From Eledone cirrhosa (Eukaryota): a stretch of DNA of 64,000 nucleotides. The stretch covers positions 62,001-126,000 of the forward strand of contig CAXHJY010001173.1 of the NCBI GenBank assembly GCA_964016885.1, in the 5' to 3' direction. A model generated the notes under the pieces. That model was not told the DNA's origin. It was given only the letters and a program-made list of their open reading frames with translations, and searched no databases. Below, one piece after another: positions 1 through 12,872 of the stretch. The position numbers and the translations under genes are program-made. Each line of letters begins with the position of its first letter. Position 1 is the first letter of the stretch.

Positions 1-688
1 GAGTTTTAGGGAATCAGACAGACAGACAGACATTCTCTGTTTTAGATATATAGATAACTAGCAGTTGCACGGGATAAGGTATTTTGGAACGTGGGCCGCC
101 AACAGACCTAATTGTGGAAAAACTGCACGCGAGGACAATATGTAAAGAAAATAAACTGAATACTCTGATAGCTGGATAATCTTTAAGATTTTCCTCGATG
201 AAGCAGGAAAAATGCAGGTTTTCATCTAATGTGGGCCCCCTAGGGGATCAAGAAAATGATTTTTTTTTATGTGCATAATATGCCTTGAAATTTCGGGACA
301 ATCAGCTAGACGTAACTCCTCCAAAGAGCCCTAAAAAGCTGAAAAAATGAAGTTTTTCACCTAATGCGGGCCCTAGGCCATAAAAAAGTTGGATTTTCTT
401 TGCTCACGGTATGAAGAAGAGACTGACTAATACATAGTTACAATTTCAAGGTAATCGGTCTGACATAACGCCTCAAAAAACCCTAAAAAGCTGGAAAAAA
501 ACGCAGTTTTACACCTAATGCGGGCCCCAGGGTATCAAAAAGTTGAATTTTTCTATGTGCATAACACTCCCTGAGACATAAGTAATACACATGTAAAGTT
601 TGAAAAAATCGGTTGGGTACTTCTAGAGTTTTAGGGATTCAAACTGACAGACACACACACAGACATCCTCAGTTTTATATATATAGAT
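1..688 (+). mobile_element. Non-autonomous rolling-circle-type (Helitron/Lep1-like) repeat, head-to-tail: end of one unit (1-56) plus a full unit (57-688)
   Basis: The terminus gagttttaggga..(caga)n..gttttAnATATATAGAT occurs at 1-56 and again at 627-688. The unit starts aactagcag and has internal subrepeats (ctaatgYgggccc at ~227, 361, 516). Family assignment is from general resemblance only. Confidence 0.5.
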
Positions 689-879
689 GTTGATGATCGT
701 GAGGATGATGACAATGGTGGTGATAACAATGATGATGATGATGATGATGACAATGATGGTAATGACAATGATGGTGATGATGGTGGTGGTGACAATGATG
801 GCGATGACAATGACTATATAAGAACTACTGGAAAATATCAGCAATATCTTTAAGCTCATATCTCACTTGAGAGTTTGTT

Positions 880-1774
880 GTCTACCCCAAACATTCTACA
901 ATATTGTCAGAATAATCTAGAAGTTCTTGCGTGACAACTTACTGCAGCCTACTGAAGAAACTTGTGGCTGGAGCAGAGCTCCGACCAGACATAGGGTGAA
1001 CTGGTGGTGGAACAGCACAGCAGATAGGGCCATTAAAGACAAAAGACTGGCATGGAAAGCTTGGAAAAAGGGTGGGTGTAAGAGAAGGATACACAGCCGC
1101 TAAGAGAGAAACTAGACGTCAGAGGGTGAGAGTAGGAGGTTTGCCAATGTTCTGTGACGGGAAGATCAGAGATGGGCGGTGTTCCGCATTGCAAGGCAGT
1201 GTGTCAATGTACATGAAGATGTTGTTGGAGGTAAGTGGGTCCGGAATGATGCCGGTGTACTTAGTGTCACGAATGATCAAAATAAGGAGGCCTGGAAATG
1301 TCATTATGAGAGACTGATGAATGTGGAGAATGAATAGGAGAGAGAGAAATTACCCTCAGTAGATCCGACAGAGGGACCAGCTATTGAGATTGACAAATAT
1401 AGGGTACAAGAGGCAATTAAGGAAATGAAAAATGGTAAGGCTGTTGGGCCGTCGGGGATAGTTGCTGAGATGCTGAAGGCATCAGGAGAAGTAGGAACTA
1501 AACTGGTTGCACGCATCGTCAATCAAGCTATATATGGTGGTGTCATACCCAAAGACTGGTGCAGCAGTATTCTCATAAATTGCTACAAAGGTAAAGGAGA
1601 TGCTCTGGTGAGGAGCAATTATAGGGGCATATAACAGATGGATCAGGTTATGAAAGCGACAGAAAGAATACTAGCGCAACTAATTAGAGAAAGGGTTAAA
1701 TTAGATGAGTGGCAGTTTCGTTTTGTGCCTGGGAAAAGTACAACAGATGCCCTCTTCTTAGTCAGACAACTACA
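880..1774 (+). pseudogene. Degraded RTE-clade LINE ORF fragment (linker to RT start)
   Basis: Peptides WWWN, GKAVGPSGIVAEMLKASG, NCYKGKGDAL..NYRGI, QFxFVPGKSTTDALFLVRQL, with stops and frameshifts. Near-identical to 30929-31440. Confidence 0.9.
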
Positions 1775-3672
1775 TTGGGCATATGTTTTTCCATTAAATT
1801 TGAACATATGTTCCTTAAGGGTTAGTTTTATGCTGGCCCCTACCGCATGTGCAATCATTTTCTTCAGTTCATCGTGATAGATGGAACGGGTGAACCAGAG
1901 CCATACGGACACCCGAAAACCACGATGAACTGAAGAAAATGATTGCACATGTGGTAGGGGCCAGCATAAAACTAACCCTTAAGGAACATATGTTCAAATT
2001 TAATGGAAAAACATATGCCCAAGAGGAAGGAGCAGCCATTGGTGTTAGCATTGTAGGCGACATAGCTAACTTATTCATGGTATGGTGGGACAGTAGACTT
2101 AAACTTAAGCTTAAAGAACAATTAGAAGACCCCTTAACCCTGATAATGTACTCCCGCTACGTAGATGATATAAACATCGTAGTTAAGACACCTCCACTAG
2201 AGAACAGTCAGGAACTAGAGAAAACACAATGGAAAGCATCCAGCAAATAGCTAACTCCATCCACCAGAGCATTAGAGTTACTATAGACTACCCAAGTAAA
2301 CACCCCAACCATCGATTACCTGTACTAGACACAGAGCTCTGGTTAGATACCATTAATAACAAAAAACAAATCCTCCATTCCCATTATGCCAAACCCATGA
2401 CTTCCAAACATCTGATCCACCGAAACTCGGCCGTTTCAGACCATACCAAAATCAACATACTGATTGCGGATTTGGTACGGGTGATGAGAAACGTGTCCCG
2501 CATGTGCAACCCCGAAGAACTAGAGAGACACATACAACACTTCATCCACCGTATGCAGTTCTCTGGCTACAATCAGAGAGATAAAATCAGAGTGTATAGA
2601 GGAGCCAAAACCAAATGGGAAAAAATGGTAAATAATGACATAAATATGGGACCTGCCCCTTGTATAGGAGCAAATTTTGGAATAGAATAGAAAGAACTAG
2701 GAACAAGGCTAATAGAATAAACTCATGGTATGATAGCAATAAATACCAGAGTGTAATGTTCATCGATACAACCCCTAGAGATGAATTAGCTTACAAATTT
2801 AGAAGGACCCTAAATAAACATAAACTCAATATTAAGATAGTAGAAAGACCAGGTACCTCCGTAAAAACACTTATTAGCAAGACATACCCTTTTCAAAGAC
2901 CCTCATGTATAGATAAGAAATGTATAACCTGTAAAATAAGCCCACATATTAACTGTAAAACTAGAAATGTAGTGTATAGCATAAGATGTACTGAAGGACA
3001 ATGTAGAGACAAAAATATAGTGTACATAAGTGAGACAGCTCGTAGTGTAGGGGAACAGATAAATGAACACTGGCGAGACCTTCAAGATAGTAAAGAATCA
3101 TCTGTACTCTACCAACATGCTAAAATAGAACACAAGGGTAAATTAGAGAACATAGAAATAAAAATAGAATCTACACACAGAAAAGACGCAATGTTTAGAC
3201 AAATTACAGAGACAATAAACATAAAAGAATTACAACCAAAATTAAATAGAAAATATGAGTGGAACAGCAACATCACAACTTACAATTAAGGACAAAATGA
3301 AAACACACACACACATAGAACAAACAACCAACCAGTAACATGTAAATAAACAAATAAATAAATGAACATAAACACACACAGACACCCGGATGTGGCGCAT
3401 GCGCAGACTGAGCACACAACACACACACACAGAAACAAAATGACGTAGGACAGAACAAAGGAGAGACACAGAAACAAAGAAAGGAATCCCCAGTCACTGA
3501 AGAGGTCACAGAGTGTGTGACGAAAGAACTATGACAATATATAAACAACTATCTGGTTGTGGAACCAACCAACCAGAAATTTATAAATTTATTATAAATT
3601 TATTATAATAAATTGAAGTGAAAGCAACTGGTGCGTGTGTTTCTTATTGGCAACATGACCCTCCCAAAGTAT

Positions 3673-3678
<6 letters not shown>
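1775..3678 (+). mobile_element. 5'-truncated Penelope-like element (RT + GIY-YIG endonuclease, frameshifted) with 3' UTR/pLTR, hammerhead and 5' inverted duplication
   Basis: ORFs 1939-2250 (FKFNGKTYAQEEGAAIG, YSRYVDD), 2229-2690 (LPVLD, HYAKPM, MQFSGY) and 2660-3289 (Cys-rich linker, NVVYSIRC..YISETARS..EH, HAKIEH, PKLN). Ends at (TA)n. Confidence 0.9.
3493..3535 (+). ncRNA. Minimal type I hammerhead ribozyme in PLE 3' end
   Basis: GUCA-CUGAAGA-G-GUCACA/UGUGAC-GAAA-GAAC-UA-UGAC; stem I GUCA/UGAC; predicted cleavage after CUA. Confidence 0.7.
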
Positions 3679-3729
<51 letters not shown>

Positions 3730-4340
3730 TTTTAATATAGAACTTCTACTGGACTAGAACTGTTTCATTCGTGAGAAATCATCAGGGAGCTGGCTTTCCA
3801 AGTACATAGTGGTATTTATATCTCTTCTTTTCTGGTGGTAGGAGAGGGTGGGGATTGGGATGGGTGGAGGTCATTGGTTGAAGGATTTAAGGAAAAGGGA
3901 GTTCATTAAAAGCTAATTCTTTAAGGCTATAGTATTAACAAAGGCAAGAAGAATACTATAAACAAAATCATATTTGGAATACCAATCCTAGTTTATCACT
4001 TAGACTAACAATGCCTGTAAGACAAGTGTCTACAGGATGGGTGGGTTCAATGGTTTAAAGAAAAGGGAAATTCTTTAGAAGCTAATTCTTTAAGGCTGGA
4101 AGGTGACAAGGCAGAGAGGGTTCCATCAGCAGATTTAAGTGTTGGGGTGATTGCCCTTATTGTGAAGTTTCTCTTAATATATATTCCAGGTGTCGACAAG
4201 CACATTCACACACTCGCCCACTTACACACATACACACACATACACGCACACACAGGCATGCAGGCACACACGCACACACAGGCATGCAGGCACACAACAA
4301 ACATACATAATGGTACATAGACATACACATATACAAATAT

Positions 4341-4895
4341 ATGGTGGCTGCCAACTCGTTTTCGAGTACAGCCACTACTTTATATCCATGTAGGAGAACC
4401 CCTACCGATGCGCTGAACGAGTGTGACTTTTTAGTCCAGCCAGTGACTTGAAAACTCTGGTACAAACACTACACTTGTGACAATTATTGACACATAGTGC
4501 TGGGCCCATGGTACCATGTGACAACAAGTGCAGAGAGATCTCCAGATATAAAGCAATGCCTGTGCTGTGAAGCTTTTATAGTGAGCAAAGGCACTGCACC
4601 AAAAAGAAGAACAAGTCAACATCATTGGATACCATTAGGGTTGCAGGTGTTATGTCAGAGTTTTCCTTCTCCTAGAATTCTGCCTTGACAAAGGCTAAGG
4701 AGTCATCTCTCCCGGTGATTTTGTATGGCCATTGACACTTAAGAGCTCCTTTGCCCTTTGACAGGTTTTGTTTTTAGTCCTGCAGGATGTCCAAAGTCAC
4801 CCTCCTCACCAAGGAACCTTGGTGGGGTTGCCAGTTTAGTCGCCAACGACCCGACCATGAGACAGGTTGTACTGGAATACATGTTACCAGTAGCA
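4341..4895 (-). mobile_element. ~590-bp non-coding interspersed repeat (family B), probably a non-autonomous RTE-related element. Other copies: 5349-5419, 42329-42692, 51474-52028, 55488-56080
   Basis: Five highly similar copies, all starting at aYggtggctgccaactcg after (TA)n-like sequence. Two end at the same accagtagca. Terminal hairpin ggtggctgccaactcg-tttt-cgagtacggccac. Orientation is inferred. Confidence 0.7.
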
Positions 4896-5002
4896 CCAAT
4901 ACAAATATATACACATATATATACATTCATACAAATATGTGTACATACATACGCACATACATACATATATATATATATACATATATATACATATATACAT
5001 AT

Positions 5003-5478
5003 TTCATTTCATCATTTCATTTTATGTCCGCTTTTCCCTGCTTGCAAGGGTGGGACGGGAACTGATTCTGGCTTGATTTCTACAGCTGGATGCCCTTCCT
5101 AACACCAACCTCATTTACAGTGAGTGCTGGGTGCTTTTTTGCTGTGGCACCTCCACGACCACTTTGCAGTGGAATGATAAGGACCCCAGTCCCTATCATC
5201 TCATTTCTACAGCTGAGTTAACTGGAGCAATGTGAAATAAAGTGTCTTGCTCAAGGAAACAACACATCACCCGGGCATGCAGGCATGCAGGCACACACAC
5301 AACAAACATACATAATGGTACATACACACATACACATATACAAATATACGGTGGCTGCCAACTCGTTTTCGAGTACGGCCACTACTTTATATCCATGTAG
5401 GAGAACCCCTACCGATGCGAATTGAACTCATAACCTTTCGATTGCAAGGCCAATGCTCTAACCACTAAGCCATGTGCC
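5003..5478 (-). mobile_element. tRNA-derived SINE (V-domain-like core, RTE-derived 3' tail), interrupted by an insertion at 5275-5419
   Basis: Same sequence as 12535-12872, 25922-26272 and 36255-36599. Confidence 0.85.
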
Positions 5479-5664
5479 TATATATATATATATATATACA
5501 CACACACATGCTCTCATGCATACACACGCATACACACATTCAAACGTACACATATACATACATATATACACACGTACGCACATATATATATATACATACA
5601 CACACACATATACATGTATACATATATATATATACATACACACAAACACACACATATATATATA

Positions 5665-7468
5665 AGTAGAAGGGATATTTAATTTGTTGGAAATGATTTT
5701 AAACGCTATGGAAAGTTTAGATATATTTGTAGGAGAGAAAGAAAGAAAAAGAAAAAAGAAAAAGAAGAAGACCACTTATATATGTTAATTTGGGGGAAAC
5801 ATTTTTTGAATATTTACCTATATTATGTATATATTTATATGGAGAATTATGTTTGTAAGTATTTATCTTATTACAATATTGTTGTGGGTTAAATATATAA
5901 ATATCTATATATGTATTACTATTAAAGAGATAATTTGCAATTATTAGTTGTTTATAATATGAGTTACGAGGGATGTTGATTTTGTATTTTATGTAAATAA
6001 ATAGGTAGTTAAAATTCTGAATTTATATATTTGAATATCTTGTCCGGCTTTGAGAATGTTTTAATTTAATGTAATAAGTTTATATGATTGAGAAAGTAAA
6101 GATAACTCCAATTTTGTTTGTTAATCGATACATTTTTTTAAGAGTTAGTGCGAGATTAATTAATTATTTAGTCGAAAGAAGTGTGAATGTTTAAAAATCG
6201 TCTTGAATAGGATACATTTTTCAAATGTCAGTTAATGGTTATTAATCTACATTTAAAAATAGCTTTAGAGGGTGTCATTGTAAAAATATAATGTAAGAAT
6301 TAAAGATATACATAAATATATATATAAATATCTATACACATATATATATATCATCATCATCATCATATTCATCATCGTTTAACGTCCATATTCCACGCTT
6401 GCATGGGTTTGGACGGGGGTTTTCCCACTTGAGGCAAGAGTGGTTGCCTTGCTCGCATAGGACTGTCTGGCGGGTTTTCTACGGCTGGATGCCCTTCCTA
6501 ACACCAACCACATTTACAGTGTGGAACTGGGAGGTTTTTACCGTGTTGCCTACACGGCCACATTACAGCGTGGACTGTGTGTTTTTTTGTCGTGACACCT
6601 ACACGACCTCATTTGTTTCGGGCTGGATGTTGTGACACCAACATAACTTTACATTGAAGGGGTGGGGGTAGTGGGACGGGGTGTATTTTGTTAGAGGTGC
6701 CTACTGACTGTAGTAGGTTTCACTTTGTACTTAGGTGAGGCGGGTCTTCTCTATTACTGTGTAGCGCCAAAGCTCTCGGTCCAGTGACATTGCCTTGGAG
6801 AGGTGTAAGATATATAAATAAATATATATATATATTAAAATAAATGTTTGCTGAAAGATGAAAGTACTACAAATATTAAAGATATTACCATTTAGAAATA
6901 TTAATATATTAAAATATTAAAAATTTAAATTGTTAAAGAAGATGGGATCATTTTGAAGATTTATAGGAATATTATAAATTACACATAGTTCTGAATGTAG
7001 AATTTTGGCAATGTCTGCAAGAAGAAAATAATTCTGTCTTGAGATTAATAGAGTTTTGACAGTTAATTATATAAAAAATTTCTTCGATACACAGTTTACA
7101 GAACTTTGATAGGGCCATATTTCGGTATGCAGGTGCTTTCGAAATCGTTTTCCGAGATATTGAATAGTCTATATTGTTGCTTTTTAAGTTCCATATAAGA
7201 TGTGAAAGAGAAGTAGAAGATTTTTTATCAGATCTTCTGAAAGAATGATTATGGTTATTCCAACGATCTTTAAATTTTGTAGAAGTGGCACCGACATAGT
7301 TAAATATATTATCTCTAGTTTTAACTGTGCAATTATAGACTACGTTTTTATCTAAACACTTATTTTCTAAAGGGCAGTTTCATTTGATTTTACAGTTACA
7401 TTTTACAGAGTTGTTGTTGCTCGGAATGGTACTGTTATACTGGATATTGCTAGAAATATTATTATTAT
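5665..7468 (-). mobile_element. PLE 3' fragment (GIY-YIG endonuclease remnant ~6974-7465 plus AT-rich 3' UTR), interrupted at 6350-6810
   Basis: Manual minus-strand translation KCNCKIK*NCPLENKCLDKNVVYNCTVKT..YVGATSTKFKDRWNNH..TSLSHLIWNLK..CKLCIEE..CRH, homologous to ORF 61259-61723. Confidence 0.85.
6350..6810 (-). mobile_element. 5'-truncated RTE 3' UTR copy with (ATG)n tail. Related copies: 13800-14240 (+), 14400-14975 (-), 15001-15660 (-), 28234-28398 (+)
   Basis: Shares ggttggtgttaggaagggcatccagc, the 48-50 bp internal repeats and the ggacgttaaacgatgatg tail with the RTE 3' UTR at 38930-39280. Confidence 0.8.
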
Positions 7469-7534
7469 AAGGGAGGGCTAAGCTCTGAGGAGTACCAACA
7501 GTACGAAACAGAGATCTGTCAGCTTATCTCCCTT
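7469..7534 (+). ncRNA. Canonical type I hammerhead ribozyme in an inverted pLTR
   Basis: AAGGGAG-GGC-UAAGCU CUGAGGA GUAC-CAACA-GUAC GAA ACAGA-GA-UCUGU C AGCUUA-U-CUCCCUU. All core nucleotides are intact; GUC cleavage at 7520; extended stem I with internal loop. Confidence 0.9.
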
Positions 7535-7674
7535 TGTTTGCTGAAAAAAGAAGTAAGTGAGATAGTCACTACTTTGAAACAATAGCGTAAGGTCTTCAAA
7601 AGGCTTTTAATTAAGTATACAGTGTATTGTAAAATACACTGTATATACATTCATATATATATATATATTATATT

Positions 7675-7708
<34 letters not shown>

Positions 7709-8850
7709 ATATCATCATCATCATTTTACGTCCTCTTTTCCCTGCTTGCAAGGGTGGGACGGGTCTTATTCAGCACAGCATCTCTCCACTCGTCACGGTC
7801 CCTCGTCATCTCCACCGTGAGCTTCAATGATCTGAGGTCTGTTCTCACCACCTCCGCCCATGTTTTTCGTGGTCTACCTCTACCACGTCTTCCCTCAACT
7901 GGCATTTCCTGGCACTTCTTCACCCATCGGTCATCCTCCATGCGCATCACATGTCCTTACCACCTCAGTCTCCTCTCCCGTACACTACATTCTATCCCTC
8001 TCAGACACAGTTTCTCTCTCAACACATTTATGCTGGGTCGTTCACGCACATTTACACTGCACATCCAACGGAGCATGCTTGCCTCATTTCTCTCCAGCCG
8101 TCGCATATCCTCTGCGGTTGCTGCCCATGTCTCACTACCATGCAGCATCGCGCTCCTCACACAGGCATCATACAACCGGCCTTTCGTACGCAGGGAGAAA
8201 CCCTTCTTCGTCAACAGAGGAAGCAGCTCCCTAAACTTCTTCCAACCCGTCCTTATTCTAGATACTATGGCCTCGGAACACCCTCCTCCCATGCTAATCT
8301 GATCTCCTAGGTACCGGAAGCTATCCACCACTTCTATAGCGCCCTCTCGCATTTGAAAAATGTGTCTATCAGTGCGACTTCTACTGTCTAATTTCCCTGT
8401 ACATCTACTGCATACATATTTCTCCCTACCTGTTAGTTTGCATGCTATCCCGCTACATCTCTTGTGTACCCAGGACCTGCATTGTGTGCATTTTATAGAA
8501 TTTATGCCAGTTCCTTTTCTGCATATCGAACATGGCCATTTCCCTGACGGAATCAGGGTTTTGTCCTCTTTTCTACTCATCAACACTTTTGTCTTAGCTA
8601 GATTTACTCTCAGTCCTCTTGCTTCCAACTGCTGTTTCCATAGCCGGAATTTATTCTCTAGCTCCTCTACTGATTCTGCCATAAGAGCCAGATCGTCAGC
8701 ATAGAGAAGTTCCCATGGACAGCCAGTCTTAAACTCCTCTGTTATGGCTTGGAGGACTATAATGAACAAGAGCGGGCTGAGGACCGAACCCTGATGTACT
8801 CCTACTTGTATCTGGAATTCCAGACTAAACTCCATTCCTACCCTGACTTT
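7709..8850 (-). mobile_element. RTE-clade LINE 3' portion (RT C-half, PHD-like Cys insert, C-terminus, (ATG)n tail)
   Basis: GVHQGSVLSPLLF, LLYADD, CSIC..CTQC..WVHKRC, GRRGRGRPRKTW; tail cccacccttgcaagcaggg..gatgatg. Confidence 0.95.
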
Positions 8851-8892
8851 ATATATATATATATATATATATTATTATATATATATATATAT

Positions 8893-8935
<43 letters not shown>

Positions 8936-8952
8936 AATATATATATATATAT

Positions 8953-9645
8953 ATTGAAAAATGTGTCTGTCAATGAGAATTCTGCTGTCTAATTTCCCTG
9001 TACATCTACTGCATACATACTTCTCCCTACCTGTTAGTTTGCCTGCTATCCCGCTACATCTCTTGTGTACCCAGGACCTGCATTGTGTGCATTTTATACA
9101 AGTTATGCCAGTTCTTTTTCTGCATATGGAACATGGCCATTTCCCTGACGGAATCAGGGTTTTGTCCTCTTTTCTACTCATCAACACTTTTGTCTTAGCT
9201 AGATTTACTCTCAGTCCTCTTGATTCCAACTGCTGTTTCCATAGCCAGAATTTATTCTCTAGCTCCTCTACTGATTCTGCTATAAGAGCCAGATCGTCAG
9301 CATAGAGAAGTTCCCATGGACAGCCAGTCTTAAACACCTCTGTAATGGCTTGGAGGACTATAATTAACAAGAGCGGGCTGAGGACCGAACCTTGATGTAC
9401 TCCTACTTGTATCTGGAATTCCTCACTAAACTCCATTCCTACCCTGACTTTACTGACAGCACCTCTGTACATAGTTTGCACTGTCCTCACAAGCCATTCC
9501 TCAACACCCAGCTTCCTTAGGGACCACCAGATGACAGATCGGGGTACCCTATCAAAGGCCTTCTCTAGGTCAACAAAGGCTAAGTATAGTGGCTTATTTT
9601 TCTCTAAGAACCTCTCTTGCATTTGTCTCACCAAGAAGAGGGCAT
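8953..9645 (-). pseudogene. RTE RT fragment overlapping (duplicating ~500 bp of) the adjacent copy
   Basis: FVDLEKAFDRVPR, QGSVLSP, YADD; 8953-9450 repeats 8351-8850. Confidence 0.9.
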
Positions 9646-9787
9646 TATATATATCCCACCGAGGTTGACTTTGCCTTTCATCCTTACGGGGTCGATAAAA
9701 TAAAGTACCAGTAATACACTGGTTAATTGCTGGCCTTATACCTAACGTAGAAACAATTATATATATATATATATATATTATATATAA

Positions 9788-9847
<60 letters not shown>

Positions 9848-9944
9848 ATTATATATATATATTATATATATATATATTATATATATATATATTATATATT
9901 ATATATATATATTATATATAGATATATATTATATATATAATATT

Positions 9945-10213
9945 AAGGGCACTATTTATGGTTATGTATATACTAAAACTTTTTATAGTTATGTATATTT
10001 TAAACCCTAAACAGTGAAGATCAGTAATTTATTACTACCTTATTACCAGTAAGATAAATAGCTCAATGTAATAACATCAGTTGTTCTACAGAGCAGTTAT
10101 ATAGAATTCACAAACATTGAAAAATGCTACAAAGACTCCAAGCCTGGGTTTGGATGAAACAATTGTAAGTAAATAAATGCTTTGAACATAGCTTTGATTC
10201 TTGTGAATTCTAT
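9945..10213. mobile_element. PLE pLTR-derived insertion with inverted geometry and decayed hammerhead
   Basis: tatagaattcaca (~10100) is inverted at 10202-10214. 10110-10213 is homologous to 57529-57633, which carries an intact hammerhead. Confidence 0.65.
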
Positions 10214-10420
10214 ATTATATATATATATATATTATATATTATATATATATATTATATATATATATATTATATATATATATATTATATATATATATTATAT
10301 ATTATATATATATATTATATATATATATATTATATATATATATTATATATTATATATATATATATTATATATTATATATATATATATATTATATATATAT
10401 ATATTATGTATATATCTATC

Positions 10421-10812
10421 TAACTAAGGCGGGTAAAATTCCCGAGATCCATGGACGAGTTATTTCCAGCGGTCTCTGTCCCTCATTATCGCTGCCATGT
10501 CTTGCGTCTCCAACAGACCAGTGTCTGTCCTTAGGGCATCAACATACGTTAACCTTGGTCGTCCCCTTCTAGTGTGTCCATGTAGGGGCTCCCAAAGGAG
10601 CACTGAGTGCAATGTCAACTCTGGATGTCGGTGAGCATGTCCAGCTAACCTCAGTCTCCTCTGTGTCACTTTTGAGCTGACTTTTGGGATGCTCCCGTAC
10701 AGCTCTGAGTTTTCATCCACAGTGTATACTGATTAATGTTCAGAGCCATCCTCAACATTCTCGTGTAGCACCCATCCACCATCTGATGGGATGACAGTGT
10801 TCTTTGAGATAC
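10421..10812 (-). mobile_element. 3' fragment of a second RTE/RTEX-like LINE family
   Basis: DGCYTRMLRMALN, RRLRLAGHAHRHPEL..LLWEP.HG..RRGRPRLTYVD; same family as 44972-45400. Confidence 0.85.
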
Positions 10813-10940
10813 TATATATATACATAATATATATATATAATATATATATAATATATATAATATATACAGTATATATACATAATATATATATAACATATAT
10901 ATAATATATATAATATATATATATATATATTATATATATA

Positions 10941-11126
10941 TAATTGTTTCTACTTTAGGCACAAGGCCATCAATTACCCAGTGCATTACTGGTACTTTAT
11001 TTTATCGACCCCGTAAGGATGAAAGGCAAAGTTAACCTCGGCGGGATTTGAACTCAGATCATACAGGGAGGTAACTCTATGCTTCAAAGCATGGCGTCCG
11101 ACCCTCTACCGATACTGCCAATCCAA
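10941..11126 (-). mobile_element. ~190-bp SINE with Meta-domain-like core. Copies: 9655-9760, 12076-12208, 13126-13316, 25719-25911, 30074-30252, 33662-33845, 34905-35093
   Basis: Head gggcggtggattggcag, B box gagttcaaatcc, core gcctttcatcctt..gggtcgataaaataaagtaccag. TSDs: tgggtgaaaaatataat (13112-13128/13317-13333) and ttacctaataat (34897-34908/35094-35105). Confidence 0.85.
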
Positions 11127-11802
11127 TATAATATATATATAATATATATAATATATATATATATATATAATGTATATATATAATATATATATATATAATA
11201 TATACTATATATATTATATATATATATATTATATATATACTATATATATTATATATATTTATATTATATATATACTATATATATTATATATATTTATATT
11301 ATATATATACTATATAAATTATATATATATTATATATATACTATATATATTATATATATTTATATTATATATATACTATATATATTATATATATTTATAT
11401 TATATATATACTGTATATATTATATATATATATATTATATATATACTGTATATATTATATATATACATTATATATATATATTATATATATTATATATATA
11501 TTATATATATATATAATATATATATATATAATATATGTATATATAATATATATATATTATATATATATATTATATATATAATATATATATATATAATATA
11601 TATATATAATATATATATATTATATAATATATATATTATATATATATATTATATATATATTATATATATATATTATATATATATATTATATATAATATAT
11701 ATATTATATATATATATAATATATATATATATTATATATATATATAATATATATATATATTATATATATATAATATATTATATATATATATATATAATAT
11801 AT

Positions 11803-11835
<33 letters not shown>

Positions 11836-12230
11836 AATATATTTAATATATATATTATATACATATATATATTATATATATATATAATATATATATATAT
11901 ATAATTGTTTCTACTTTAGGCACAAGGCCAGCAATAACCCAATGCATTACTAGTACTCGATAAAATAACGTACCAGTAATGCACTGGGTAATTGCTGGCC
12001 TTGTGCCTAAAGTAGAAACAATTATATATATATATATTTATATTAAATATATATATATATATATTATATATATATAATTGTTTCTACTTTAGGCACAAGG
12101 CCAGCAATTACCCAGTGCATTACTGGTACTTTATTTTATCGACCCTGTAAGGATGAAAGGCAAAGTCAACCTCAGCGGGATTTGAACTCAGATTATAAAG
12201 GGACGTAACATAATATTATATATATATATA

Positions 12231-12302
<72 letters not shown>

Positions 12303-12534
12303 GTGGAGGCAGGTGTTCGACTGATGATCATAATATCTTGGGTTTGATTCCTGGGTTGTGTGTTGTGTTCTTGAGCAAAACACTTCATTTCACATTGCTT
12401 CAGCATATTCAGCTGAGTACCAGCAAAAGTTGGGATTTAACTCTGAGATGGCAGTCGCATCATGCCATGAAATCGGGGTAAGCACCGGCTTTCTGGCTCA
12501 AGACAGGTTTTAGACTTATATATATATATTCAAG

Positions 12535-12872
12535 TGGAGGCACATGGCTTAGTGGTTAGAGCATTGGCCTTGCAATCAAAAGGTTGTGAGTTCAATTCTC
12601 AGACCGGGTGATGTGTTGTTTCCTTGAGCAAGGCACTTTATTTCACATTGCTCCAGTTTACTCAGCTGTAGAAATGAGATGATAGGGACTGGGGTCCCTA
12701 TCATTCCACTGCAAAGTGGTCGTGGAGGCGCCACGGCAAAAAAGCACCCAGCACTCACTGTGAATGAGGTTGGTGTTAGGAAGGGCATCCAGCTGTAGAA
12801 ATCAAGCCAGACTCAGTTCCCGTCCCACCCTTGCAAGCAGGGAAAAAGTGGACGTAAAATGAAATGATGATG
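12535..12872 (+). mobile_element. Full-length tRNA-derived SINE with V-domain-like core and RTE tail
   Basis: A box tggcttagtggt, B box gagttcaattc, core gttgtttccttgagcaagRcact; 3' end matches the RTE 3' end at 32459-32517. Confidence 0.9.

Noticed and set aside
3748-3790. Hammerhead-like CUGAUGA…GAAAC…GUC on the minus strand
   Set aside because: Core boxes are present, but I could not form stem I and stem II is weak; possibly a decayed copy, so not counted.
7378-7388. In-frame TGA in a PLE endonuclease as selenocysteine
   Set aside because: It aligns with Ser, not Cys, in the homologue at 61259-61723 (CRNKSNCPL); a TCA>TGA mutation is simpler.
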